DNA from: Candidatus Peregrinibacteria bacterium
Lineage (GTDB): Bacteria > Patescibacteriota > Gracilibacteria > UBA1369 > UBA12463
DNA length: 64,000 nt
Direction: 5' to 3'
NCBI GenBank assembly: GCA_026395555.1
Contig: JAPLYO010000013.1
Location: 6,822-70,821 of the forward strand
Shown: piece after piece, positions 19,010 to 29,074 of the stretch
Numbering within the stretch: the stretch's first letter is position 1
Layout: every line of letters begins with the position of its first letter
Notes under the pieces: model-generated
Seen by the model: only the letters and a program-made list of their open reading frames with translations
Database searches by the model: none
Told to the model about the DNA's origin: nothing
Made by a program: the position numbers and the translations under genes

Positions 19010-20002
19010 TTATTCCGCATCTTGGTTGATTTCAAGTTTGCTCATTTCGCAGTCAAAATCGCTAATATACGTTTTTCTTTCAGCCGTGCGATAGGCTCCA
19101 TATGCTTCGTCAGCCATCTTCTCCGCCATATCGGCGCTTATTCTTCCGGCATGAGTGAGTATTTCTTTTTCGGTGAGACGAAGAAAACCATCGAGTTTAT
19201 CAATCCATTCTTGCATCTTCATGGGTCGACCATTGGTAGCCTGGAGCTGACCAAAGTCGAGAAAGAGGGAGACGATCAGATTGAGTTGAGACAATTCCGG
19301 TTCATTGAGATAGTTTTTTGCAACGTGGGCGTCGGCGAGTGTAATATAATTGCCCTTAAAATTTGTAAGGCCCATGTACATTTTTTCCGAATCAACGCGT
19401 TCTGCGATAAGTTCTGCCGCGGTACGTCCATGAACTGCATAGTGGAGCTTATTTTGGACGGTCGCGAAAAATTGTTTTGTAAGACGGGAATCCTTATTAT
19501 AATCAATGCTCGTAGCGTAAATATCAGTAATTTTTTGGTAAAAATTCCGTTCACTGGTGCGAATATCACGAATACGCTGCAGTAACTCTTCAAAATACCT
19601 CGCCCTTCCGCCTCCTTGCTTGAGTCGCTCATCATCCATCGTAAAGCCTTTGATAATGTACTCGCGAAGTCGCTGTGTAGCCCAGATACGGAACTGTGTG
19701 CCTCGGATAGAGTGCACACGATACCCTACGGAAATAATGACATCAAGATTGTAATGTTTTACGTCATAATTTTTGCCATCACTTCCAGTACGTCGGAAAT
19801 CCCGACATACTGATTTCTCCTCTAGCTCGTGTTCTTTAAAAATATTAAGAATATGTTCAGTAATAGTAGATCTTCCTTTTTCAAAAAGTTCCGCCATCTG
19901 ATCTTGCGTTAGCCACACGGTCTCTCCCTCCGTCTTCACGTCAATTCGAGTACTGCCATCCTGTGTCTGGTACAATATAATCTCTGATATTTGATCATTC
20001 AT
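19010..20002 (-). CDS. RhuM family virulence/defence-island protein
   Basis: 330 aa. FRRTGSDGKNYDVKHYNLDVIISVGYRVHSIRGTQFRIWATQRLREYIIKGFTMDDERLK matches the RhuM signature. Confidence 0.85.
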   Translation of the reverse strand: MNDQISEIILYQTQDGSTRIDVKTEGETVWLTQDQMAELFEKGRSTITEHILNIFKEHELEEKSVCRDFRRTGSDGKNYDVKHYNLDVIISVGYRVHSIRGTQFRIWATQRLREYIIKGFTMDDERLKQGGGRARYFEELLQRIRDIRTSERNFYQKITDIYATSIDYNKDSRLTKQFFATVQNKLHYAVHGRTAAELIAERVDSEKMYMGLTNFKGNYITLADAHVAKNYLNEPELSQLNLIVSLFLDFGQLQATNGRPMKMQEWIDKLDGFLRLTEKEILTHAGRISADMAEKMADEAYGAYRTAERKTYISDFDCEMSKLEINQDAE

Positions 20003-20197
20003 ATACGCCCATTAAAAAATACTAGTGCCAGTATAGGTGAAGATTTACTCACCGTCAAGAAAACCATATTGTCGGCAATGACAAAATGGTCGCAACATAA
20101 ATATGTTCCAAAATAGAACATGCTAGGTATGGCTCAATGCAAGAAATGTTTGGACTTCGCTCACATGAGCGACATGCAAATCAGTATAATATCTTTT

Positions 20198-20968
20198 CTA
20201 AAACAACCTCCCCTTCACCTCCGCCCTCCCCAAACTCGAAACATACGCACAGTAATCACACTCCGCCCCCGCCTCCGGCACCTCACCCCCATCCAAACAC
20301 TTCTTCATCTCCATCACCGTCCCCAAAATCCACCCCCCATTCCCTGTATACGGAATGAGCTTCGTATCAAACTCCAATCGACCGTCAAAACTCTCCCTCC
20401 CGCTATCCCCATTGCAATACACAAAATACCCCGTATTCGACACAGCAAACCCATTCATCCGAAATAACCACTGATACACCTCCATCTGCCGCTTATAGCC
20501 GTCCTGCCACTCTGCATCGAGCGACACCTCGCCATCCTTCGCCGTCGCCTTGTAATCCACAATAATCAGCTCGCCACTAGGGCACACCCACACATCATCC
20601 ACTCCTCCCGTGACAACTAAATTTGTCCCCGGCACTTCATATGTCACACCCCTCCTCAGCGAATCCCTCCACTCATCCATCCGCTCATGCTTAAACGGCA
20701 CCGCCTCAATCCCATACTCCTTCATCAATGGATGCGCCGTACCCTCCGCCCTATGAAGATCAAACTCCCTCTTCAACAACGTATCCACCGCCGAATTCAA
20801 CGAAAACGGAAACCCCGGTGGCCTTCCCACCCCAAGCCTCCTATCATAATAAAAACACCTCTTACACTGCAAATACAGATCAATCTTCGACCGACTAATC
20901 CGAAAGGGGACCGTCGAATACGGATCATAAAGGTTGCGTGTGCGTTGGGAGTTGTAGTATTGGGACAT
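20198..20968 (-). CDS. PD-(D/E)XK nuclease, Cas4/AddB-nuclease-like with four cysteines
   Basis: 256 aa. CKRC near the N-terminus, IVDYK...YKRQMEVYQWL (D-x-K plus QxxxY), CDYC near the C-terminus. Confidence 0.75.
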   Translation of the reverse strand: MSQYYNSQRTRNLYDPYSTVPFRISRSKIDLYLQCKRCFYYDRRLGVGRPPGFPFSLNSAVDTLLKREFDLHRAEGTAHPLMKEYGIEAVPFKHERMDEWRDSLRRGVTYEVPGTNLVVTGGVDDVWVCPSGELIIVDYKATAKDGEVSLDAEWQDGYKRQMEVYQWLFRMNGFAVSNTGYFVYCNGDSGRESFDGRLEFDTKLIPYTGNGGWILGTVMEMKKCLDGGEVPEAGAECDYCAYVSSLGRAEVKGRLF

Positions 20969-21143
20969 GGAGAGATTATAGCAGCTTTTTTAAGTGAGTA
21001 GTACGTCTCTTTTTATTGATTCTTCTGCGCTTTTTCGGTATTATATCATTGATTAAAATTCTTATGGCATCTACTAAATCTCCCACATCCTGGCTATCGA
21101 AGTTATTATTACTACCATTATCCACAGTTTTTATATTGACTAT

Positions 21144-21216
21144 TGTCTCATTCGCAAATATGCTGCTGCCACAACAGCGTCTCAACGGAAGCAGCAGCAT
21201 ATTTGCGAATGAGACA
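21144..21216. repeat. 26-bp perfect inverted repeat with 21-nt spacer
   Basis: TGTCTCATTCGCAAATATGCTGCTGC (21144-21169) is the exact reverse complement of 21191-21216. Lies 64 nt beyond the hsdR stop. Confidence 0.9.
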
Positions 21217-21244
21217 CAAAATAGAATTAATGAGTTGATAGTTT

Positions 21245-21270
21245 AATGGCTTGCATAGGCCATTTTTTTT
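21245..21270 (+). terminator. intrinsic terminator, plus-strand orientation
   Basis: AATGGC (21245-21250) / GCCATT (21259-21264) stem with an 8-nt loop, then a T run to 21270. Follows the stop of small ORF 21016-21246 and faces the end of hsdR. Confidence 0.5.
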
Positions 21271-21279
21271 AGATCAAGT

Positions 21280-24078
21280 CTACCACTCAAACATATCGAC
21301 GATATTCTCGATGGCACTCTTAATGCGATCTATCACTCCTTGGCGTTTTCTAAACTGAGGCACTTCAGGTAGTAGATCTACAATTTCTTGTCCGTTGGGC
21401 AGCTTTTGCGTATAGAGATATTCTCCAATCAAATGCTCAAATTTTTCAACGGGGATATTCTCAGCCGTAGCGACATTTTTCAGGCTTTCAGAACGCTCAC
21501 TTGCCCAGAACTTACTAAAAGCCTTTTCGACGTCGTCTGACTTACTAATTTTCGGTAAATTCTCTTCAATGAATTTTTTGATTAAGTCTTTCTTTTTGCG
21601 GAGCTGGGCATCTCTATCAAACAAGCGCAAAATTTCTTCTGTTTTTTTCTTCCGTACAACGTCAGAAGTAACGTTTTTAAGCCCAGCAATGAGCTGAATG
21701 ATATAGTCAAAATCAATGACATCTCGAACGGTAAGCTCAATTTCGAAATCAATCTGATCTAGGATAGATTCAGCGCCACTATCATTATTTTTACGATCTC
21801 CATAAACATCTAAATATTTACTCTGATAATCATAAAACTCTTGCTCAGTTATGCCAAGATCCTTAAATGAAAAATCAGCAAATGTTTCGAGAGATGATTT
21901 TATACGAAGCAAGTCACGGAAAGTTTTTACAAACACCGCCTTTTCTTCTTCGCCTTGTAGGTCATCTACGGAAGCAGCAGTAGGTACTTTTTCTCGTAAT
22001 TCTCCCAGTTTATCCTCAAAATCTTTTTTCTGAACATCATATGGTTTCTTGAATACAATTTCTTTAGCATTTTCATCACCAAAAAGTGCCAGTGCTTTAT
22101 CAGTTGCCTCTTTTAGATTTCTGAATGAAACGATATTTCCATGTGGCTTATCGGAATTCAGGAGACGATTCGTGCGTGAGTAAGCCTGAATTAATCCGTG
22201 ATATCGCAAATTTTTATCAACATACAGCGTATTGAGCCTTGGGCTATCAAAGCCCGTTAAAAACATATTTACCACAAGTACGAGATCAACTTCCTTGTTT
22301 TTTATTCTTTTCTGTAAATCTCGGTAATAATCATAGAAACGATCTGTGGAAAAATTTGTCGAGTATCGTGCATTATAATCTTTTATGCAATCTTCTAAAA
22401 AGTCCCTTGAATGCTGGTTAATTGGCGCCCCCTCACCGGCAAATATATCAGTATCGAGCATATCTGAGCTTTCGTCTTCATTCGCCTGATAGGTGAAAAT
22501 TGTGGCAATAGAAAAATCTTCCGCTTTTTTATCCTTCAATAAAGTATAATACTTCTTTAATACCTCAACGGAAGAAACGGCAAATAGGGCATTAAACTTG
22601 CCTTGTTTTGTCTTTCGTTTCCAGTCAGCCAATACATAATCGACGATTTTATTTAGCCTATCAGGGCTTTCAAGTACTTCTTTGGTATTAATGCCTTCAG
22701 CCAGGGTATCGGCAAAAATGTCTGCATCGAGCGTATCTGGAGCTTTTTTTGTGTATTTTCCGACATACTCGACAGCGAAACCGAGCACATTATTATCATC
22801 AATGGCATGGGTGATAATGTACTTATGTAGGCACTCTCCGAATACATCAACGGTTGTCACTCCTCCCACGTTATTGTCAGCAAAAATTGGTGTTCCAGTA
22901 AACCCGAAAAGTTGTGCCTTCTTGAAGAATCCTTTTATTCTCGAGTGCGTCTGTCCAAATTGACTTCGGTGACATTCGTCAAATATTACCACCACTTTTT
23001 CATTCGCCAAATATTCAAATTGCTTGAGATAGGTCTCTCTTCCAATGGCAATATCAAGCTTTTGAATCGTTGTGACAATAAGCTTTCTATTTCTATCATT
23101 AAGCTGCGTAACAAGACTTTGCGTGTTGTTGGTACCATCTACAGCACCTTCAGAGAAAGAGTTAAACTCTTTTGTTGTCTGAATATCCAAATCTTTTCGA
23201 TCTACCACGAAAAGCACCTTCTTCACTTCGGGCATTCGTGAAAGTATCTGACTCGCCTTATATGAGGTAAGTGTTTTTCCAGAACCCGTAGTATGCCAGA
23301 TATAGCCATTCTTATCCGACGTACGCACGCGCTCCTCAATAGCCCTCACAGCATAGTACTGATACGGTCGAAGTGTCATGGGGATTTGTGTAGCCTCGGC
23401 CAATACGATGTATTCAGCGATCATCTTCGATACCATGCATTTCTCCAAAAATGCATCAGCAAATTCATCCAACTTGGTGATTTTCCTATTCTCAATGTCC
23501 GTCCAATAGAACGTTTGCTCAAATGACTGTTTCGAATTATTCGAGAAGTATTTCGTATTCACCCCATTTGAAATGACAAATATCTGAATATATTCAAATA
23601 ATGTCCCCGTATATGAGTGCTTGTGATAGCGTTGAATTTGATTAAAGGCCTCTTTAAGCTCCATTCCCCGTCGCTTAAGCTCAACCTGCACCAGTGGCAA
23701 GCCATTCACGAGTAAGGTCACGTCATACCGATTCTCATAACGTCCAACCTGAGTAATCTGCTGCGCAACCTGATACTCATTCTTGCACCACTGATCCATA
23801 TTAAAAAACTGCACATAAAACACGCTTCCATCATCACGAGTAAGCGCAAAACGATCCCTCAACGTCTTAGCCTTCTGAAACCGATCACCCTTATCTAAAT
23901 GGTTCGATATACGAGTAAACTCATCATACGAAAAAACAGTCTGATTGAATTTCCCCAGCTGCTCCCTCAAATTACTAATCATCGCCGCCGTATTCTCCAG
24001 CACAACAGACTCAAACCCCAACCTCCCAAGCTGTTCAATCAAAGTATTCTCTAGTTGTTGTTCGGATTGGTGGGTCAT
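21280..24078 (-). CDS. hsdR: type I restriction enzyme, R subunit
   Basis: 932 aa. HsdR N-terminal nuclease region, helicase motifs [11 protein letters not shown] and [10 protein letters not shown]-terminal helical domain. Confidence 0.95.
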   Translation of the reverse strand: MTHQSEQQLENTLIEQLGRLGFESVVLENTAAMISNLREQLGKFNQTVFSYDEFTRISNHLDKGDRFQKAKTLRDRFALTRDDGSVFYVQFFNMDQWCKNEYQVAQQITQVGRYENRYDVTLLVNGLPLVQVELKRRGMELKEAFNQIQRYHKHSYTGTLFEYIQIFVISNGVNTKYFSNNSKQSFEQTFYWTDIENRKITKLDEFADAFLEKCMVSKMIAEYIVLAEATQIPMTLRPYQYYAVRAIEERVRTSDKNGYIWHTTGSGKTLTSYKASQILSRMPEVKKVLFVVDRKDLDIQTTKEFNSFSEGAVDGTNNTQSLVTQLNDRNRKLIVTTIQKLDIAIGRETYLKQFEYLANEKVVVIFDECHRSQFGQTHSRIKGFFKKAQLFGFTGTPIFADNNVGGVTTVDVFGECLHKYIITHAIDDNNVLGFAVEYVGKYTKKAPDTLDADIFADTLAEGINTKEVLESPDRLNKIVDYVLADWKRKTKQGKFNALFAVSSVEVLKKYYTLLKDKKAEDFSIATIFTYQANEDESSDMLDTDIFAGEGAPINQHSRDFLEDCIKDYNARYSTNFSTDRFYDYYRDLQKRIKNKEVDLVLVVNMFLTGFDSPRLNTLYVDKNLRYHGLIQAYSRTNRLLNSDKPHGNIVSFRNLKEATDKALALFGDENAKEIVFKKPYDVQKKDFEDKLGELREKVPTAASVDDLQGEEEKAVFVKTFRDLLRIKSSLETFADFSFKDLGITEQEFYDYQSKYLDVYGDRKNNDSGAESILDQIDFEIELTVRDVIDFDYIIQLIAGLKNVTSDVVRKKKTEEILRLFDRDAQLRKKKDLIKKFIEENLPKISKSDDVEKAFSKFWASERSESLKNVATAENIPVEKFEHLIGEYLYTQKLPNGQEIVDLLPEVPQFRKRQGVIDRIKSAIENIVDMFEW

Positions 24079-25094
24079 ATGTTGCCGAAGAGTTCGGTTT
24101 GATTATTTGGAATGCTCGGCACACTCTTCGAGAGTCTTGCTTTATGCGGGATTGTATCCTCATTATAGCTTCTAACTTCTTTAATATAAATACTTCTATT
24201 CTGAAACGCACCATTTTTCAGCTCTCCCGTAATAGTGAAAACTATCTTCATGTTGTCACCGACTGCAAAAGTTCGCTCTTTACTAGAAATTTGCCCTTTG
24301 AAATCAGGGTCTTGCATATAGAATTCGATATCATCCCCGTTGATTAAGATAGGAATACTATTGTATAAAATATCTTCACCATAATATGTACCCCTCCATG
24401 CAATTCCCTTGCCATCCTTTTTCTGTTTAACAACCGGCGATATGAGCTCGACGATACCTTCATTATTCTCTTGAGAGTATTCTTGGTCAAGAATTGGCTC
24501 GATATACTTCGAAAAGTCTATTCTCTGAATAGTTTTTGAAAATACAGATTGATTAGCTGAATCTTTTAGAATTGTTTCGTTATTACTAATCATTCCATCT
24601 CCTCTTAGGGTATTATAGAAACTATTTTTTTTCTTTTTTAAATTTAAATTTTCACACACCTCCTGTATTTTTTCTCCAGGGACACTCTGTATGGAATAGT
24701 CATTTTTAAGGTCTTCCATCGTCATTTGTAGCTGCAGGCATTTTGTAGTTTCATCGATGGTTGCCATTTTCATGCCCTCTAAATGGGCTTCATGTGAATC
24801 TTTATAATTCAAATAACCTAATACTAAACCACCAACAGTGATAGCCAATCCAACCAAGGAGCCTACTCTATTTGTTCTAACAAATTTTACAATATCTCTA
24901 TATGAGCCCGGCTCTGGTGGTAATAAATAAATATCAAAGCGGTCATCTGGAAACAAAATTCTAGCAACCTCATTAATCATTGAGGCGAGATCATCAGAGC
25001 ATTTATTGCGAGTATTGGCGCGTATATAATGTTCAGCAACTCCAAAATGCGTTTCAATTGTAACAAAATCTTCGATTTTTAAGATACTAGACAT
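24075..25094 (-). CDS. orphan membrane-anchored protein embedded between hsdS and hsdR (ORF X)
   Basis: 339 aa. One hydrophobic helix (about residues 77-95, [19 protein letters not shown]). No Walker A or nuclease motif seen. Its TGA overlaps the hsdR ATG (ATGA). Starts 10 nt after the hsdS stop. Confidence 0.7.
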   Translation of the reverse strand: MSSILKIEDFVTIETHFGVAEHYIRANTRNKCSDDLASMINEVARILFPDDRFDIYLLPPEPGSYRDIVKFVRTNRVGSLVGLAITVGGLVLGYLNYKDSHEAHLEGMKMATIDETTKCLQLQMTMEDLKNDYSIQSVPGEKIQEVCENLNLKKKKNSFYNTLRGDGMISNNETILKDSANQSVFSKTIQRIDFSKYIEPILDQEYSQENNEGIVELISPVVKQKKDGKGIAWRGTYYGEDILYNSIPILINGDDIEFYMQDPDFKGQISSKERTFAVGDNMKIVFTITGELKNGAFQNRSIYIKEVRSYNEDTIPHKARLSKSVPSIPNNQTELFGNI

Positions 25095-25104
25095 CGTTAT
25101 TTGG

Positions 25105-26277
25105 TCATATTAGTAATGACTGAAGGAGGCCCTTTTTCCATTGTTCAGCATGGATAATTTGCTGAGATTTTAATTCTATTAAATTATCAGCTGATTCTAG
25201 AAAATTTGTAATTTTTTGTTGCTCATGAAGTGATGGAAGATTAATTTTAATCTTCTCAATTGTGGCCCTTGAAAGGCTAGGTACGCCTGACGCTTCATTG
25301 TATTTTTGCCAATTTATTTTTTGAAATATATAGCTGGTAAACTTGGGGGTTATGCCTTTAAAGCTATGCGTATAAAATAAAGTATCAACTGTCCAGAAAT
25401 CGCCATTGTAATAAAATGGTTTATCTATAGTTCCCTTCCTTCCTATAAAGACAGTTTCACCGCTATATAAGCTCTTATTAACAGAAAACATATAGCCGCC
25501 AGTACCAAAAACCGGAATATTACCACGCTCTAGATGCTTGTAGTCTTTTCCGCTACCAATTCTCAGAACCTCGCCAAGTATTCTATTATTCCACATTGGG
25601 AAATTATTCCCATCGTCGTCCCTGAAGCGGATTTCTTGAGTGAATATTTTTTGCATTATCCCTCTTTGATAAGATTCAAGAAGCTCCTTATGCGTCTGAA
25701 GATTTTTGATCCATTCGCTCGTAAGCATCAGGCAAGATGCAATCTCTTGCTGTTCTTGCGCTGATGGAATTTTTATTTTAAGATTCTTTAATTGGGATGC
25801 GTATAAATGCACAACAGAATGGCCTTGTGCAATTTTGGCAATATTTTTATTTTGAAAATTAGACAGATAATAGGCAAAAAAATCACCATTTTGACCTTCG
25901 ATTAATCGTAAAACGTTTAAGTCCCCACCCAGTATAATATCGTCTTCTTTTACGCAGCTCGATCTTGCAATGTCTAGTGCCGTTTCGCCTGATGATGGAA
26001 TTAATACATCATTCTTTTTACTTAATAGTGATTCTGTCCTGGATATATTTGTTCTGGATTTTACGTAATTAATGGTCTCGCGATATTCAGTGTATAGCTC
26101 GCCATAGCGGATGCATTTGTTGCTACCATTTTCAGTAATATCATCTTTTGCGAGACCCTTGCCTTTTAAAATGATGCATACATCTCCCAAGGTGCCCTCA
26201 TTCCAATCACCTGAAAATTTTGGAAACCTTAGTTTTGGTATTTTTTTTATACTTGCTTGCTTGACTGTTACTGTCAT
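25105..26277 (-). CDS. hsdS: type I restriction enzyme, S (specificity) subunit
   Basis: 390 aa. Two target-recognition halves, each followed by a conserved helix (IPSAQEQQEIASCL / LPSLHEQQKITNFL). Confidence 0.9.
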   Translation of the reverse strand: MTVTVKQASIKKIPKLRFPKFSGDWNEGTLGDVCIILKGKGLAKDDITENGSNKCIRYGELYTEYRETINYVKSRTNISRTESLLSKKNDVLIPSSGETALDIARSSCVKEDDIILGGDLNVLRLIEGQNGDFFAYYLSNFQNKNIAKIAQGHSVVHLYASQLKNLKIKIPSAQEQQEIASCLMLTSEWIKNLQTHKELLESYQRGIMQKIFTQEIRFRDDDGNNFPMWNNRILGEVLRIGSGKDYKHLERGNIPVFGTGGYMFSVNKSLYSGETVFIGRKGTIDKPFYYNGDFWTVDTLFYTHSFKGITPKFTSYIFQKINWQKYNEASGVPSLSRATIEKIKINLPSLHEQQKITNFLESADNLIELKSQQIIHAEQWKKGLLQSLLI

Positions 26278-26279
26278 GG

Positions 26280-27857
26280 CTAGAATGGTTTATCAATTTT
26301 TAATTCATCGCAAAATTCAGCAATTCTATTTTGTAGATTGAGCTCATTTGAGTGTAATTCTTTTAATATTTTTGCGACTTCTTCGATATCTATAATCTTT
26401 TCTTCCTCAAAAGTGTCCACGTATCGAGGAATATTGAGATTGTAGTCATTTTCCTTTATCTCACTGATGTTTGCCCTATGAGAGTATTTTTCTATTTCTT
26501 TTCGAGTTTTGTAGGTATCAAAGATTTTTTTAATATTTTCATCAGTGAGTTTGTTTTGATTGCCAACTTTCTCAAATTCTTTCGATGCATCTATAAGCAA
26601 AATATTTTCATCTTCACGGCGACATTTTTTGAAGACAAGGACTGTGGCGGGGATAGAGGTCCCATAAAAGAGGTTTGCTGGTAGACCAATAACGGTATCT
26701 AGATAATTTAACTTTTCGATAATATATTTTCGGATATGACCTTCGGCGCCAGATCGGAAGAGGGCTCCGTGAGGTAAGACGATAGCCATCGTGCCATTTT
26801 CGGCAAGGTGATGGAGCATGTGGGTGACAAAGGCATAATCGGCGGCGCTCTTTGGGGCAAGTCGGCCGTATTGAGAGAAGCGGTCGTCGTGAGCAAGTGT
26901 CGGGTCGGTGTCTCCTTTCCATTGAGCAGAAAATGGGGGATTAGCGACAATTGCTTCGGCCTTGAGGTCTGGGTGCATATCTTCCTTGAGTGTGTCGCCT
27001 TGGCGGATTGAGAAGCGGTCGAAGTGAACTCCGTGCAAGATCATGTTCATTCGAGCAAGGTTGTAGGTTGTTGGATTGAGCTCTTGTCCGTAATAATTAA
27101 CTACATCGGTAAACTCCCCGAGGCGGAGTAAGAGTGAGCCAGAACCACATGTTGCGTCATAGGCGGATTTGATACGTTTCTTGTCCATGGAGACGATCTG
27201 CGCAAGCAAACGTGATACTTGGGCGGGAGTATAAAATTCACCACCTTTTTTGCCTGCACCAGCCGCAAATTCACCGATCAAGTATTCATAAGCATCACCA
27301 AGAAGGTCGCTTTTAGCGTCTTCAAGCTTAAAATCGATGCCGCTGAGTAAAGCAAGTACCTCAACAACGACTTCATTTTTGTCATTTTCCCGTGAGCCAA
27401 GCTTAGAAGAGGTGAGATCCATATCGTCGAATAATCCTTTGAAATCATCTTCACTGGCAGTTCCGGCGGAAGTTTTTTCGATATCGTTAAGGATATTTTT
27501 GAGGTCTTCTAGGATGAAGGTCTTTTGATTCTTAATTTCGCCCTTCCCTTTTTTGACAAGATAGGAAAAGAGCTCAGTTGGCCTCAGGAAAAAGCCGAGT
27601 TCGCCGACACATGCCGTTTTGATGTGATCTAGATCCTCTTTGCCTTCTTTGGAGTCTTCATTAATCTCTGCGAAGGTAAATTTTTCACCAACGATAACTT
27701 TTTCATTTACATAGCGCTCAAGCTTTTCAGATAGATATTTATAGAAGATAAAGCCAAGAATATAATTTTTATACTCATCGGCATTCATTTTACCCCGAAG
27801 TACATTCGCCACACCCCATAGCTGGCGTTCAAGGATTCTTTTCTGATCTTCTGACAT
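26280..27857 (-). CDS. hsdM: type I restriction enzyme, M (N6-adenine methyltransferase) subunit
   Basis: 525 aa. HsdM N-terminal domain, AdoMet motif DATCGSGS and catalytic NPPF (IVANPPFS). Confidence 0.95.
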   Translation of the reverse strand: MSEDQKRILERQLWGVANVLRGKMNADEYKNYILGFIFYKYLSEKLERYVNEKVIVGEKFTFAEINEDSKEGKEDLDHIKTACVGELGFFLRPTELFSYLVKKGKGEIKNQKTFILEDLKNILNDIEKTSAGTASEDDFKGLFDDMDLTSSKLGSRENDKNEVVVEVLALLSGIDFKLEDAKSDLLGDAYEYLIGEFAAGAGKKGGEFYTPAQVSRLLAQIVSMDKKRIKSAYDATCGSGSLLLRLGEFTDVVNYYGQELNPTTYNLARMNMILHGVHFDRFSIRQGDTLKEDMHPDLKAEAIVANPPFSAQWKGDTDPTLAHDDRFSQYGRLAPKSAADYAFVTHMLHHLAENGTMAIVLPHGALFRSGAEGHIRKYIIEKLNYLDTVIGLPANLFYGTSIPATVLVFKKCRREDENILLIDASKEFEKVGNQNKLTDENIKKIFDTYKTRKEIEKYSHRANISEIKENDYNLNIPRYVDTFEEEKIIDIEEVAKILKELHSNELNLQNRIAEFCDELKIDKPF

Positions 27858-27917
27858 GATTGTTTTGTTAATATTGGCATAATCTTACTCTTATACGTCG
27901 TATTGTCCACGCTCTGT

Positions 27918-28208
27918 TTAGGTGAGCGGACACTCTGATAATGAGAGTAGATTATTTGGCTCATCCCCATCGGAGGTAGTCTTGATGTAGGCATTGCCGA
28001 ATCTGCTAGTGGCTACAATTACTTCAGCTCGTCTGCCATATACATCAATAGTGTAGAATTGATATGTTCCCGCCCTGATGTATCGAATCGCTTCCTGCTG
28101 AGTTATTTTCCAACGAGTATTATTAGAAAATCCGCCAACATGAGTAATGCGTTCATAAGGGTTATAGCGAATTTCTTTATTGATGCAGGTAATTTGATGC
28201 TGTGACAT
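27918..28208 (-). CDS. DUF3892 domain protein
   Basis: 96 aa. ITHVGG...WKITQQEAIRYIRAGTYQFYT...YIKTTSDGDEPNNLLSLSEC matches the DUF3892 pattern. Sits 60 nt upstream of hsdM on the same strand. Confidence 0.7.
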   Translation of the reverse strand: MSQHQITCINKEIRYNPYERITHVGGFSNNTRWKITQQEAIRYIRAGTYQFYTIDVYGRRAEVIVATSRFGNAYIKTTSDGDEPNNLLSLSECPLT

Positions 28209-28381
28209 ACGAAGAATGAGTTAAAATATGATACATCTATATGCTGACCCTCCCAAGCAGTATTGTCAATTATATTCACAAAAACAAAGAAATAGTGGAA
28301 AAAGTGAAGAAAATGCTTAAATAGTTGACTTTTTCTAACTCTCATGTACAGTAATCTTGCTATATCCCTCACCTCCAACCC

Positions 28382-29074
28382 ATGAAAAACCTCATCATCA
28401 AGCTCAGAAAGGCGGCAAAACTATCACAGGAGGAGCTCGCGCAGAAGCTCGGGATGTCGCGACCTACGCTGATGGCGGTGGAGAACGGAACCCGGGATAT
28501 TACGCTTGGTGAGCTGAAACTATTATCGAAGATTTTTGATATACCCGTGGAGGTGATTTTGGATGAGGATATGGGGGTTTTGGAGAAGGTGGAGTTGCAG
28601 AATTTTAGTGAAAAGGCATTTCAGAAGTTTCATAATCTGATACTGCAGTGTATCAAGTATGGGGCGGGAGCTGATGGGAAGATCACCAAAACAAAACTGG
28701 CGAAACTGGTGTATCTTTGCGATTTTGCGAGCTATTACAAGTCGCTTCATCCTATCTCGGGGCTGGAGTATCACAAGCTCGCACAGGGTCCGGTGGCGAT
28801 TGAGTTTTTTGATATTTTGGAGTCCAATGAGTCGATCTCAGTAGAGAGGAAGAATAATGCATTGATGGTTTCCCTGAACGAGCAGCCGGATGATTCGGTA
28901 TTGAGCAAAGAAGAGCAAAAGTTGGTTCGCACCATCTGTGAAAAATGGAAAAAGGCCGATACCAAGCAGATTGTCGATTTCACCCATAAGCAGCTCCCGT
29001 GGGCTATGTGCAAGGATCGAGAGGTGATCCCGTATTCCCTTATTAACAACGAAGAGCCGGACAATGTTTATTAA
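28382..29074 (+). CDS. XRE-family HTH fused to a Panacea (DUF4065/SocA-like) antitoxin domain
   Basis: 230 aa. LRKAAKLSQEELAQKLGMSRPTLMAVENG (HTH_XRE), then TKTKLAKLVYLCDFASYYKSLHPISGLEYHKLAQGPV (DUF4065-like). Confidence 0.75.
   Translation: MKNLIIKLRKAAKLSQEELAQKLGMSRPTLMAVENGTRDITLGELKLLSKIFDIPVEVILDEDMGVLEKVELQNFSEKAFQKFHNLILQCIKYGAGADGKITKTKLAKLVYLCDFASYYKSLHPISGLEYHKLAQGPVAIEFFDILESNESISVERKNNALMVSLNEQPDDSVLSKEEQKLVRTICEKWKKADTKQIVDFTHKQLPWAMCKDREVIPYSLINNEEPDNVY

Noticed and set aside
20120-20467. Pro-rich plus-strand ORFs (115 aa and 73 aa)
   Set aside because: Poly-Pro/His/Thr strings arise from reading the G-rich coding strand of the PD-(D/E)XK nuclease gene in antisense.
28325-28352. 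Promoter TTGACT-16-TACAGT upstream of the Panacea antitoxin gene
   Set aside because: The -35 is good but the -10 is poor and alternatives exist. It is not strong enough to list as a feature.
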